NCBI GenBank assembly: GCA_028697935.1
Contig: JAQVEM010000002.1
Location: 1-38,619, forward strand
DNA from: Actinomycetota bacterium
GTDB taxonomy: Bacteria; Actinomycetota; Humimicrobiia; Humimicrobiales; Humimicrobiaceae
Reading direction: 5' to 3'
Length of the DNA stretch: 38,619 bases
Positions within the stretch are counted from its first letter, which is position 1; every line of letters starts with the position of its first letter. A model generated the notes under the pieces. The model was not told the DNA's origin, did no database searches, and saw nothing but the letters and a program-made list of their open reading frames with translations. Position numbers and translations under genes: made by a program. This document shows, piece after piece, positions 9,060-17,293 of the stretch.

Positions 9060-10178
9060 TTACACAACTCTCATAGGCATAAGTAAATAAACAGGATTGT
9101 CTTTTTTTTCTGGTTTTATTGTTATAGGTTTAAGAGGTTCATCGATTGACATTATTATTTTATCACAGTCCATTATATTTAATCCATCAATCAAAAACTC
9201 CGGGTTAAAAGATATTTCTATTCTTTCCCCTCCGTATGGAATCTCAAAGTCTTCACTTGAGCTACCTATTTCTCTTATACTCATAGAAACGCTCATTCTA
9301 CTCTTATCTATTGTTAGTTTAACCGGAACACTGTCTTGAGATATTGAAGTTATCCTTCTTACAACATCTAGCATTTTTTCTTTATCTATAGATATTTCAT
9401 GTTTTAGCCTGTCTGGCAAAAGTTGCTTATAGTCAGGAAATTTACCTGACAAAAGCCTTGTTACTATTACATCTTTCCCGTGTTCGCTCTGGTTATTTTC
9501 TACAGGATAAAAACTAATCTGATTCTCTTCAATATTTATAATAATTTCATTTCCCTTATATTCACTCTTTGCTATACTATCCAGCACTTTTGCGGGAACA
9601 ATGACACCAATTGTTGAAGTTTTTTCACCTATTTCGTTTTTAACAAGGGCAAGTCTATAACTATCTGTTGCAACCATATTAAATATACCATTCTCTATAT
9701 TAAAAAATATCCCTGTTAAAACTGTTCTACTTTCATCCATTGAAGCAGCTTTCTGGACCTTTAAAACAAGGTCTTTAAATTTATCTATATTTATTTTAAC
9801 CTGTTTTTCTTTTTTTATTTCCGGAAAAGATGGGAATTCTCCAGCTGGTAATGTGTTTAATGTAAACAAAGCATTTCCACAGCTTATTTTTATCTGATTT
9901 GTAAGTTTATCAAACTCAATATCTACTTTTGATTCTTTTAAACTTTTTAATATATTAATAAAAATCTTTGATATCACAACTGCTTTTCCTTCTTCATAAA
10001 TGACTGCCTGTACTGTACTTTTTATACTTGTTTCAAGATCTGTACTGTATAGTGTTAATTCCTTACCCACATCAATCATTATTCCGTTTAATATAGGTGA
10101 AGATATTTTTGGATTTATTGTTTTATTAATAAACAGTGCTGTTTCTAAAAGATTATTTCTTGTTGTTTGAAATTTCAT
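9060..10178 (-). CDS. dnaN: DNA polymerase III beta sliding clamp
   Basis: 372 aa. The N-terminus MKFQTTRNNLLETA... and the three-domain length are typical, as is the C-terminal YLLMPMRV. It lies downstream of dnaA. Confidence 0.95.
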   Translation of the reverse strand: MKFQTTRNNLLETALFINKTINPKISSPILNGIMIDVGKELTLYSTDLETSIKSTVQAVIYEEGKAVVISKIFINILKSLKESKVDIEFDKLTNQIKISCGNALFTLNTLPAGEFPSFPEIKKEKQVKINIDKFKDLVLKVQKAASMDESRTVLTGIFFNIENGIFNMVATDSYRLALVKNEIGEKTSTIGVIVPAKVLDSIAKSEYKGNEIIINIEENQISFYPVENNQSEHGKDVIVTRLLSGKFPDYKQLLPDRLKHEISIDKEKMLDVVRRITSISQDSVPVKLTIDKSRMSVSMSIREIGSSSEDFEIPYGGERIEISFNPEFLIDGLNIMDCDKIIMSIDEPLKPITIKPEKKDNPVYLLMPMRVV

Positions 10179-10469
10179 TTATCTTCTCCAGTGTGATTAA
10201 AAATATTTGTTATATTCTAATATATATATCATTTAATTTAAATACTTAGTAATAACTATAAAAACTGTTAAAAATGTTTAAAACTAACAAAAACATCTAT
10301 ATATAACAAAAAACCGGGTATATTATTGTTAATAAATAATATTTATGTTGTTTAAAAAAACAGAGTTATAAACAAATACTATAATTATAAAAAAAACACC
10401 ATTGTTATTAACAATAAACTAACAAAAAATTTTTTATCATACACTACTTATTAACAGGTTATAAACATC
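10179..10469. other. oriC segment (dnaA-dnaN spacer): AT-rich tract plus five TTATWAACA DnaA-box-like 9-mers
   Basis: Boxes at 10327-10335 (reverse), 10366-10374, 10405-10413, 10448-10456 and 10459-10467. 15-bp palindrome ATTGTTATTAACAAT at 10401-10415. 10200-10320 is almost pure A/T. Confidence 0.6.
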
Positions 10470-11831
10470 TTAAGAAGAGTTTTTTATTCTATTTGTGATC
10501 TCTTGTATTTGTGTATATACAGTTTTATCTATGTTTATAAGGTCTGATATTTTCGATACAGCATAAATTACAGTAGAGTGATCACGGTTACCAATACACC
10601 TTCCAATTTCTGGAAGGGAACTACTGGTTAGTTCTCTTGAAAGATACATTGCAAGCTGGCGCGCATGTGATATAAACTTATTTCTTTTAGGACCCAGAAG
10701 ATCATTAATAGGTATTGAAAAATACCTTGATACCTCTTTAACAATTAATTGAATATTTATTTTACGTTCTCTGTTGTCAGGTAATATGTCTTTAAGAACA
10801 TTCCTTGCTATTTCAATATCTGGTTTGGAATTAGTTAGAGAAGCAAATGCGATAACTCTGGTAAGGGAGCCTTCAAGCTCTCTTATATTTGATGTAATGT
10901 TTTCAGCTATAAGACTTATAATATCATCTGAAACACAGATACCTTCTCTTTCAGAATATTTTTTTAATATTGCAAAACGGGTTTCAAAGTCAGGTGGTTT
11001 AATGTCTGTTACAAGACCCCACTCAAATCTTGACCGCAACCGTTCTTCCAATGTTGAGATACTTTTCGGAGGCCTGTCGCTCGATAAAACAATTTGTCTG
11101 TTTGTATCGTGTAGAGCGTTAAACGTATGAAAAAATTCTTCCTGGCTTGCTTCCTTGTCTTCAAGAAAATGTATATCATCCACGAGTAAAACATCATTAT
11201 TCCTGTAGTTCTCCTTAAACGAAAATATATCTTTGTATCTTAAGGCATTAATAAAATCATTAAGAAAAGTTTCAGCAGATACATATTTTATTGTCTTATC
11301 AGGATAAAGCTGGTGTGTATATTGTCCTATCGCATGAAGTAGATGGGTTTTACCGAGACCAACACCACCATATATAAAAAGAGGATTATATGCTTTACCG
11401 GGCTTCTCGCTAACAGCAAGAGCAGCTGTGCAGGCAAACCTGTTACTGTTACCGACAACAAAAGTATCAAAAGTATATTTAGTATTAAATGATGAAATCC
11501 TGCCCTTTTGTCCTTTATGGCTTTTATCTAACTGATTATCGGGTGAACGCTCATTATAGGTGTAATCAGTGTCTTTATCATCTAAAGATGTTGCAATTAT
11601 TTTTATTTTACATGGACTGTTTGTAACTTTTTTTACTGATTCTTCAAGAAGATCTGAATATCGAAGCTCAATCCATTCTTTCGCAAAGGAACTACTAACT
11701 GAAACAGTTAAACAGTTTTTTTTTAAAGACACAGGTGTTATGTGCTCAAACCATGCTTTATATGTAGAAAGATTAATCTTATTTTTAATATCCTCAAGAG
11801 TACCTTTCCAGATGTTCTGTAGATCCGTCAT
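10470..11831 (-). CDS. dnaA: Chromosomal replication initiator protein DnaA
   Basis: 453 aa with AAA+ Walker A GGVGLGKTHLLHAIG and a C-terminal DNA-binding domain (...ISHARQLAMYLSRELT...IGNRDHSTV). Confidence 0.97.
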   Translation of the reverse strand: MTDLQNIWKGTLEDIKNKINLSTYKAWFEHITPVSLKKNCLTVSVSSSFAKEWIELRYSDLLEESVKKVTNSPCKIKIIATSLDDKDTDYTYNERSPDNQLDKSHKGQKGRISSFNTKYTFDTFVVGNSNRFACTAALAVSEKPGKAYNPLFIYGGVGLGKTHLLHAIGQYTHQLYPDKTIKYVSAETFLNDFINALRYKDIFSFKENYRNNDVLLVDDIHFLEDKEASQEEFFHTFNALHDTNRQIVLSSDRPPKSISTLEERLRSRFEWGLVTDIKPPDFETRFAILKKYSEREGICVSDDIISLIAENITSNIRELEGSLTRVIAFASLTNSKPDIEIARNVLKDILPDNRERKINIQLIVKEVSRYFSIPINDLLGPKRNKFISHARQLAMYLSRELTSSSLPEIGRCIGNRDHSTVIYAVSKISDLINIDKTVYTQIQEITNRIKNSS

Positions 11832-11843
11832 AATACCCTTATA

Positions 11844-12689
11844 TTAAATATTATTTGAATAATATTCAAGGTATTTTAGCCCCTTTTTGGACAATTTTCT
11901 TTTTCCGTTGCTACCGGATACAAGAAAATCATTCTTTTCAAGATAAATTAATTCGCGATACGAAGTCGAAAGGCTGAAACCCAGTTCCCGGGCAATTGTA
12001 GATGGGCCAGCTTCATTGAGTTCTAAGATTATAAAAAGAATTTTATGATGTCTGTCAGAAAGAACTGTACTTTCAAAGCTATCAATATCTTCGGTCTGGA
12101 TTTTTTCTTTAAAAGCGCCGGCTTTAAAAAGATTTCTTTCGATATCTTCTATATTTGTTTCTGAAGTGGTAGAGGAATCTATTTTATTAAGATCTGGAGT
12201 TAGTTTTAAAGATACAACTGTTCCTGTTTTTATGTTGTTATTGACGTCGATTGTCCCACCAGAGAAAGTAATGGTTTCTTTAACTATTGGAAGACCCGAA
12301 CCTATGCCTCTAATATATTCTTTCATTTTTTTAGTGGCAGAGGTATATCCTGGAAGAAAAGCTTTTTCTCTATCTATTATTCCCGGTCCCTGGTCTGATA
12401 TAATTATGTGGTTACCGTTATCAAGAATTGTTACGACAACTTCCTTGAAATCAGCATGGATAAGGTTTTCTATTATTTCTCTTATTATTGTGTAAGGAAT
12501 TTTACCACCTGCTTCATGAGATAAGTTATAAGTTCTCTGGGATGTTTCATTTATAAGATTTTCAATGCTATCAAAATCTAGTTTAATTACTCTTGGAATG
12601 CTTCGCATGTTATCATAAACTGCTATTCTTACCGATAGATCAGGTTTATTTTTAGTTGATTCATTTGTTTCAGTGTTATTGTTGTCCAA
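11844..12689 (-). CDS. Orphan GHKL (histidine-kinase-like) ATPase domain fused to a C-terminal winged-helix DNA-binding domain; function unknown
   Basis: 281-aa ORF. N box IIREIIENLIHAD, G1 DQGPGI, G2 GIGSGL, G3 KTGTVV. No DHp/His helix and no TM segment. C-terminal HHKILFIILELNEAGPSTIARELGFSLSTSYRELIYLEKNDFLV looks wHTH-like. The stop is 12 nt before the dnaA ATG. The start (TTG 12689, or Met28) is uncertain. Confidence 0.6.
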   Translation of the reverse strand: MDNNNTETNESTKNKPDLSVRIAVYDNMRSIPRVIKLDFDSIENLINETSQRTYNLSHEAGGKIPYTIIREIIENLIHADFKEVVVTILDNGNHIIISDQGPGIIDREKAFLPGYTSATKKMKEYIRGIGSGLPIVKETITFSGGTIDVNNNIKTGTVVSLKLTPDLNKIDSSTTSETNIEDIERNLFKAGAFKEKIQTEDIDSFESTVLSDRHHKILFIILELNEAGPSTIARELGFSLSTSYRELIYLEKNDFLVSGSNGKRKLSKKGLKYLEYYSNNI

Positions 12690-12769
12690 TTTGATATTAT
12701 AAACTATTAATTATTAATCGTACCTTAGAGTTAGAGTCAGGTTAATAAGTTTAATAAATGTCAAAAAAT

Positions 12770-12798
12770 ATTTTAGAAAAAAGACTGGCACTTTTCAA
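12770..12798 (-). promoter_or_regulatory. Candidate sigma70-type promoter for the GHKL-wHTH/dnaA transcription unit
   Basis: Minus strand TTGAAA (12798-12793), 17 nt, TAAAAT (12775-12770). Confidence 0.4.
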
Positions 12799-12818
12799 AT
12801 TCTTTCCAGAAAGTTAAG

Positions 12819-13260
12819 TTTTCAACACATAAATAATAATATTTTAATATCAAAAAAGCTACTATATTTTATAAGCCTATTACAGGATAAATACTTTTTG
12901 ACATGCAATACAGTGGGAAATTTAGAGTTATCAACATTTTTTTCAACAGGTGTGGAAAGATTTTTGAAATTATTGAAATACTTTGTAAAAGCTTACTGTA
13001 TAAAATGAAAAAAACCATAGCATTCCAAAAACTTTTTCACAAAGAACACCTGTTTGTAAAAGATAAGAAAACTTCTAAAGTTTTATAAATGGAAAACGGA
13101 GGTCCTGTTGACAATAAGAATTATGATTATTAGTATTATATTAATATACAATAATAATGTTAAGTAATATATAGTTAATAATAAGTGTATAATTGTAAAA
13201 TGTATAGTTATTATTAAAAAGCATATGCTATATAATTCTTACTATACATAACGAACTTTT
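12819..13260. other. oriC segment upstream of the dnaA operon: DnaA-box-like cluster followed by an AT-rich tract
   Basis: TTTTCAACA at 12819-12827 and 12940-12948, TTATCAACA at 12928-12936, TGTGGAAAG at 12951-12959, TTTTTCACA at 13033-13041, TGTTGACAA at 13106-13114. Each has 1-2 mismatches to TTATCCACA/TGTGGATAA. 13115-13260 is almost pure A/T, with TATAGTTAWTAWTAA at 13170-13184 and 13203-13217. Confidence 0.55.
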
Positions 13261-13349
13261 ACCTGTTATGTAAAGTTAACAGGAGATATCCGTAAGAAAA
13301 TAAACAGAACAGACACTTCTCCAGTAAATAGTATGCATTCCCGGTGTCC

Positions 13350-13378
13350 TTGATATTAGAAAAATTAAAATGTATAAT
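13350..13378 (+). promoter_or_regulatory. Candidate sigma70-type promoter of rpmH-rnpA-yidD-yidC-jag
   Basis: TTGATA (13350-13355), 17 nt, TATAAT (13373-13378), ~45 nt upstream of the rpmH ATG. Confidence 0.55.
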
Positions 13379-13422
13379 CAACTACCGTGCGAAAATAGTA
13401 AAATAAACAGGTAAGGTAAAAT

Positions 13423-13557
13423 ATGAAAATGACATATCAGCCAAATGTTAGGAAAAGAAAAAAGAATCATGGATTTATGGCCAGGATGAAGACAAAATCG
13501 GGCAGGGCTATTATTAATGCCAGGAGAAGAAAAGGAAGAAAGAGACTTTCAGCTTAA
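13423..13557 (+). CDS. rpmH: 50S ribosomal protein L34
   Basis: 44-aa ORF below the ORF-track length cut-off: [44 protein letters not shown]. Confidence 0.95.
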   Translation: MKMTYQPNVRKRKKNHGFMARMKTKSGRAIINARRRKGRKRLSA

Positions 13558-13577
13558 AATTAAGAAGGAAGATAGTA

Positions 13578-13919
13578 ATTAAATTTCAGACACTTAAAAG
13601 AAAAGAAGATTTTTTAAGATTAATAAAAAAAGGGCCCTATAGAAGGGATAAAGATATAACAGTATATCTGATTAAAATTCCTGAAGAAGAGAATAAATTG
13701 AGGATCGGATTTACTGTAAGCAAAAAAAGGGGTAGTGCGGTTTTAAGGAATAGAATTAAAAGGGTAATCAAAGAGGCACTGAGAGAAATAGATGGAGAGG
13801 TTTGCTGTGGTCTGGATGTTTTGTTTAGTATAAATAGCAATATTTGTGATATTAATTTAAAAGAACTAAAAATTAAAGTAATCGAAATTATAGAGCCATA
13901 CCTTTCTAACCGCATGTAA
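13578..13919 (+). CDS. rnpA: Ribonuclease P protein component; start placed at AUU 13578 because the ORF-track TTG 13698 removes ~40 conserved residues
   Basis: RNR motif AVLRNRIKRVIKEA. The frame is open from 13518, and upstream in-frame LKRKEDFLRLIKKGPYRRDKDITVYLI matches the RnpA N-terminal pattern. GAAGGAAG at 13564-13571 precedes ATT 13578. Confidence 0.8.
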   Translation: MKFQTLKRKEDFLRLIKKGPYRRDKDITVYLIKIPEEENKLRIGFTVSKKRGSAVLRNRIKRVIKEALREIDGEVCCGLDVLFSINSNICDINLKELKIKVIEIIEPYLSNRM

Positions 13920-13970
13920 CCATTGTTTATTAATAGTGAATAGTTTGTTAATAATTTATTTAATCTAATT

Positions 13971-14180
13971 GTGAAAAAGTTTTTATTATTTTTATTAAGA
14001 TTTTATAAGAAAAATATCTCACCGATATTGCCTCAAAGCTGCAGGTTTTACCCTACCTGCTCAGAATATGCAATTGATGCAATTAATAAGTATGGTGTAT
14101 TAAAAGGTAGTATAAAAGCCATATATAGAATATTAAGATGTAATCCATTTAATAAGGGCGGATATGACCCGGTAAAGTAA
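13971..14180 (+). CDS. yidD: Membrane protein insertion efficiency factor YidD
   Basis: 69 aa: [27 protein letters not shown]...[16 protein letters not shown]. Confidence 0.92.
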   Translation: MKKFLLFLLRFYKKNISPILPQSCRFYPTCSEYAIDAINKYGVLKGSIKAIYRILRCNPFNKGGYDPVK

Positions 14181-14201
14181 TAAGGGAGAAGGTATTATAA
14201 A

Positions 14202-15071
14202 TTGGCACAAATAATGGAGTTTCTTAGACCAATACAGAGTGGATTGGAATACATAATTGTATTTCTATATAACCATGTAGTTGAAAATTACGGTATTGTT
14301 ATAATTCTTATTACAATTATTGTAAGAGCCGTATTGGTTCCACTGACAATAGGGCAGACGAAGTCTATGGCAAAAATGCAAAAGCTGCAGCCCGAAATTA
14401 ATGAAATACAGAAGAAATATAAGAATGATCCCCAAAAACTACAGCAAGAAATGATGAATTTTTATACTAAAAACAAAGTAAATCCATTATCAGGGTGCTT
14501 CCCACTTCTTCTGCAAATGCCGGTATTCTATGCATTGTTTGGAGCATTAAGAAATCCATCAAGAATAGTAACGGACGTGATTGGAAATTTTAATTTAAGT
14601 GGTATAGCGAACGGAATAAAAACAGGAATGATAGGAATATTGAAAGGAACAGAATTCATACCAGCCAGTACACCTAATCCGAATTATAGTTTCCTGTGGC
14701 TTAATCTAAACGAGAAGGACCCCTATTATATTCTTGTTATATTAATGGTTTTAACAATGTTTTTGTCTTCAAAAATATCATCGCCAGATACAAAGCAATC
14801 AAAAATAATATACATGATGCCATTAATGTTCGGAATTATTTCAATACAATTACCTTCAGGGTTTCTTTTGTACTGGGTAACTTCAAATATATGGACTATA
14901 GGTCAGCAGTGGGTTGTAAATAAAATTATTAAAAAGAATATGGAAAAAGATAAAGATGAAGAAGAATCTGAAAAAAAAGGTGCAGCTCAGAAGGCGGGGG
15001 AGCAGCTGAGTGAAGAAGATAAAAAAATAATAAAGAAAAAATTGAAGAAAAAAAAGAAAAAGAAAAGGTGA
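14202..15071 (+). CDS. yidC: YidC/Oxa1-family membrane protein insertase
   Basis: 289 aa: PLTIGQTKSMAKMQKLQPEINEIQKKYK, GCFPLLLQMPVFYALF, and a poly-Lys C-terminal tail. Confidence 0.93.
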   Translation: MAQIMEFLRPIQSGLEYIIVFLYNHVVENYGIVIILITIIVRAVLVPLTIGQTKSMAKMQKLQPEINEIQKKYKNDPQKLQQEMMNFYTKNKVNPLSGCFPLLLQMPVFYALFGALRNPSRIVTDVIGNFNLSGIANGIKTGMIGILKGTEFIPASTPNPNYSFLWLNLNEKDPYYILVILMVLTMFLSSKISSPDTKQSKIIYMMPLMFGIISIQLPSGFLLYWVTSNIWTIGQQWVVNKIIKKNMEKDKDEEESEKKGAAQKAGEQLSEEDKKIIKKKLKKKKKKKR

Positions 15072-15081
15072 TAATTTTATT

Positions 15082-15687
15082 GTGGCGGTGATGTATATGA
15101 TCGAAGAAAAATGTATAAAAGATGCTCTGGATTTATATGTAGAGTCGCTGGAAGAGGAACAGAAAAGCAATAAATTAATAGAAAACAGTAATAAGACAGG
15201 AATAAACGCAGGGATGGATGAAGAGGCGGCTACAGGACTTGAGAAGTTAAGAAAAATTTTAAAAAAGATAATAGAACTTATTTGTGTGGGTGAAAGCGTA
15301 AAAATAAATACTGACATAAAGGAACTAAAACTCTCTGTATATGGAGGAGATCTGGGAATTGCAATTGGAAAAGATGGGAAAAATATGCAGGCGCTTGAAT
15401 ATATTATTAATTTAATTTGTAAGAGGAAAAACCTGGTTAATGGAAACGTAGTTATAGATATTAAAGACTATCGTCAGAATAGAATAAAAAAAATAAAAAA
15501 AGAAGCCAGGGAAATGGCAAATAAAGTTGTTAAGGAAGGGAAAGAAATAGCTTTACAGCCAATGTGCTCATTTGAACGAAAGATAGTGCATAACATACTT
15601 TCAGAATTTGAAGGTATAAATACAAAAAGCAAATATGAGGAACCAAATAGAAGGATAGTGATATATCCTTTGAAGAAAAGTAAATAA
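15082..15687 (+). CDS. jag: Jag/KhpB-type RNA-binding protein (Jag_N, KH, R3H)
   Basis: 201 aa with a KH GxxG loop (IAIGKDGKNMQALEYI) and an R3H motif (ERKIVHNILSEF). It follows yidC. The start could be ATG 15091. Confidence 0.88.
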   Translation: MAVMYMIEEKCIKDALDLYVESLEEEQKSNKLIENSNKTGINAGMDEEAATGLEKLRKILKKIIELICVGESVKINTDIKELKLSVYGGDLGIAIGKDGKNMQALEYIINLICKRKNLVNGNVVIDIKDYRQNRIKKIKKEAREMANKVVKEGKEIALQPMCSFERKIVHNILSEFEGINTKSKYEEPNRRIVIYPLKKSK

Positions 15688-15711
15688 ATAAAAATAAATA
15701 TAAATAGAAAG

Positions 15712-15737
15712 AATGGCACTCCGGTGCCATTTTTTTT
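15712..15737 (+). terminator. Rho-independent terminator after jag
   Basis: AATGGCAC-tccg-GTGCCATT 8-bp stem (15712-15731) running into a T8 tract (15730-15737). Confidence 0.8.
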
Positions 15738-15745
15738 ATTGGTTT

Positions 15746-15773
15746 TTGCATGTAAAATAATCTTAAATATAAT
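15746..15773 (+). promoter_or_regulatory. Candidate promoter of the mnmE operon
   Basis: TTGCAT (15746-15751), 16 nt, TATAAT (15768-15773). Confidence 0.4.
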
Positions 15774-15822
15774 TAATTTATAGATACAGAAAAATATAAT
15801 CTTTATTAAAAGAGGCAAACTA

Positions 15823-17205
15823 ATGAATAATGATGACACAATTACTGCAATAGGAACAAAACCAGGCGAAGCTGCAATTGGAATAGTGAAAGTGAGCGGT
15901 AACAAATCAATAGATATAGTTGATAAAATATTCAGGTCAAAAAGCGGAAAAAGGCTTTTAGATATTAAAACTTATAATATGATTTACGGGCACATTGTTG
16001 ATAAAAACAATGATATTATTGACGAAGTTATAGTGTCCGTAATGAGAAGTCCCCATTCATATACAAGGGAGGATGTCGTTGAGATAAACTGTCATGGTGG
16101 GCTAATTGCAACAGAAAAAGTACTGGAATTGTGTGTTGAAAACAAAGCAAGGATAGCAGAACCGGGAGAATTTACAAAAAGAGCTTTTTTAAACGGAAGA
16201 ATAGATCTTTCCCAGGCAGAAGCTGTTATTGATCTTGTGAGATCAAAAACAGAGCAAAGTCTGAAAATAGCAGCTAAAAATTTACAGGGTAATATAAAAA
16301 ACGAGATTAATAAAATCAGAAAGGAAATCCTGGATATAATAGTACAGCTGGAAGCATCAGTAGATTTTATTGAAGAAGACCTGGAAGTGACTCCATATCA
16401 TGAACTGGTGGAAAAAACAAAAATAATAGAGAAAGAACTGGAAGAAATGATTAAAGATGAAAAAAGGGGAGAAATAATAAAGAACGGAATAAAGGTAGCA
16501 ATTATTGGAAAGCCAAATGTTGGGAAATCAAGCCTGCTTAATATACTATCCAGAAAAGATAAAGCAATAGTAACTTCAATACCTGGAACAACGAGAGATG
16601 CAGTGGAGGAGGTATTATATGTGGAAGGAATACCTCTTATTCTTGTAGATACTGCTGGTATAAGAGAAACAAAAAATATTATTGAAAAAATTGGAGTTGA
16701 AAAAAGTTTGAGGCATATAGATGAAGCAGAGCTGGTGATAGCAGTGCTTGATGGAAGTAGAGACTTTGATGATGAAGATCTGCAAATAATTAAAAAAATA
16801 AAGGGAAAAACAATAATATGTTGTATAAACAAGATAGACATTGAGCAAAATATCGAAATGAAAAAAGTACTGGATTATTTTGGTGAAGAAAAAATTGTAA
16901 AAATTTCTGCATTAAAAGGCACAGGAATAGAAAAACTTGAAAATATGGTAAAAGAGCTGATACTGGGTGATGAAGAAATAAATCTGGAAGAAAAAATTAT
17001 AATTAATAAAAGACACAAAAATATATTGAAAAATGTTAAAAAACTATTGGAAAATGCAGGGGAAGCAATGGTGGAAAATATGTCAGAAGAATTTCCATGC
17101 TTCGATCTGAGAGAAGCTTATAGCCTTCTGGGAGAAATAGTTGGTGAGACAGTTACAGATGATATCCTTGATAGAATATTCAGTCAGTTTTGTATTGGGA
17201 AATAA
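15823..17205 (+). CDS. mnmE: tRNA modification GTPase MnmE
   Basis: 460 aa with G1 GKPNVGKSSLLN, DTAGIR, and the C-terminal FCIGK motif. Confidence 0.95.
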   Translation: MNNDDTITAIGTKPGEAAIGIVKVSGNKSIDIVDKIFRSKSGKRLLDIKTYNMIYGHIVDKNNDIIDEVIVSVMRSPHSYTREDVVEINCHGGLIATEKVLELCVENKARIAEPGEFTKRAFLNGRIDLSQAEAVIDLVRSKTEQSLKIAAKNLQGNIKNEINKIRKEILDIIVQLEASVDFIEEDLEVTPYHELVEKTKIIEKELEEMIKDEKRGEIIKNGIKVAIIGKPNVGKSSLLNILSRKDKAIVTSIPGTTRDAVEEVLYVEGIPLILVDTAGIRETKNIIEKIGVEKSLRHIDEAELVIAVLDGSRDFDDEDLQIIKKIKGKTIICCINKIDIEQNIEMKKVLDYFGEEKIVKISALKGTGIEKLENMVKELILGDEEINLEEKIIINKRHKNILKNVKKLLENAGEAMVENMSEEFPCFDLREAYSLLGEIVGETVTDDILDRIFSQFCIGK

Positions 17206-17252
17206 GGAAAAAGAAATGCCAAAAAGTAATAGAGCAAGAATATTTGGCGAAA

Positions 17253-17268
17253 TGTTTCACGTGAAACG
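17253..17268. other. parS centromere-like ParB-binding site (15 of 16 to the palindromic consensus)
   Basis: TGTTTCACGTGAAACG versus TGTTNCACGTGAAACA. Lies in the mnmE / mnmG-paralogue spacer. Confidence 0.85.
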
Positions 17269-17293
17269 TAAGTAGTTAATGTTATAAGGAAAG

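Noticed and set aside
12903-13088. 61-aa plus-strand ORF in the dnaA-upstream spacer
   Set aside because: It has no SD and an extremely AT-rich, K/F/I-biased translation, and it is tiled by the DnaA-box-like repeats. It is best explained as a chance ORF inside oriC.
14883-16841. Long antisense ORFs (14883-15317, 15474-15905, 16398-16841, 16615-16848) opposite yidC, jag and mnmE
   Set aside because: Their low-complexity F/I/S/L-rich translations are the mirror image of K/E-rich genes in an AT-rich genome. They have no SD and no motifs. The same applies to the other short overlapping ORFs in the track (e.g. 1863-2205, 2773-3105, 6472-7134, 28109-28496, 30142-30549).
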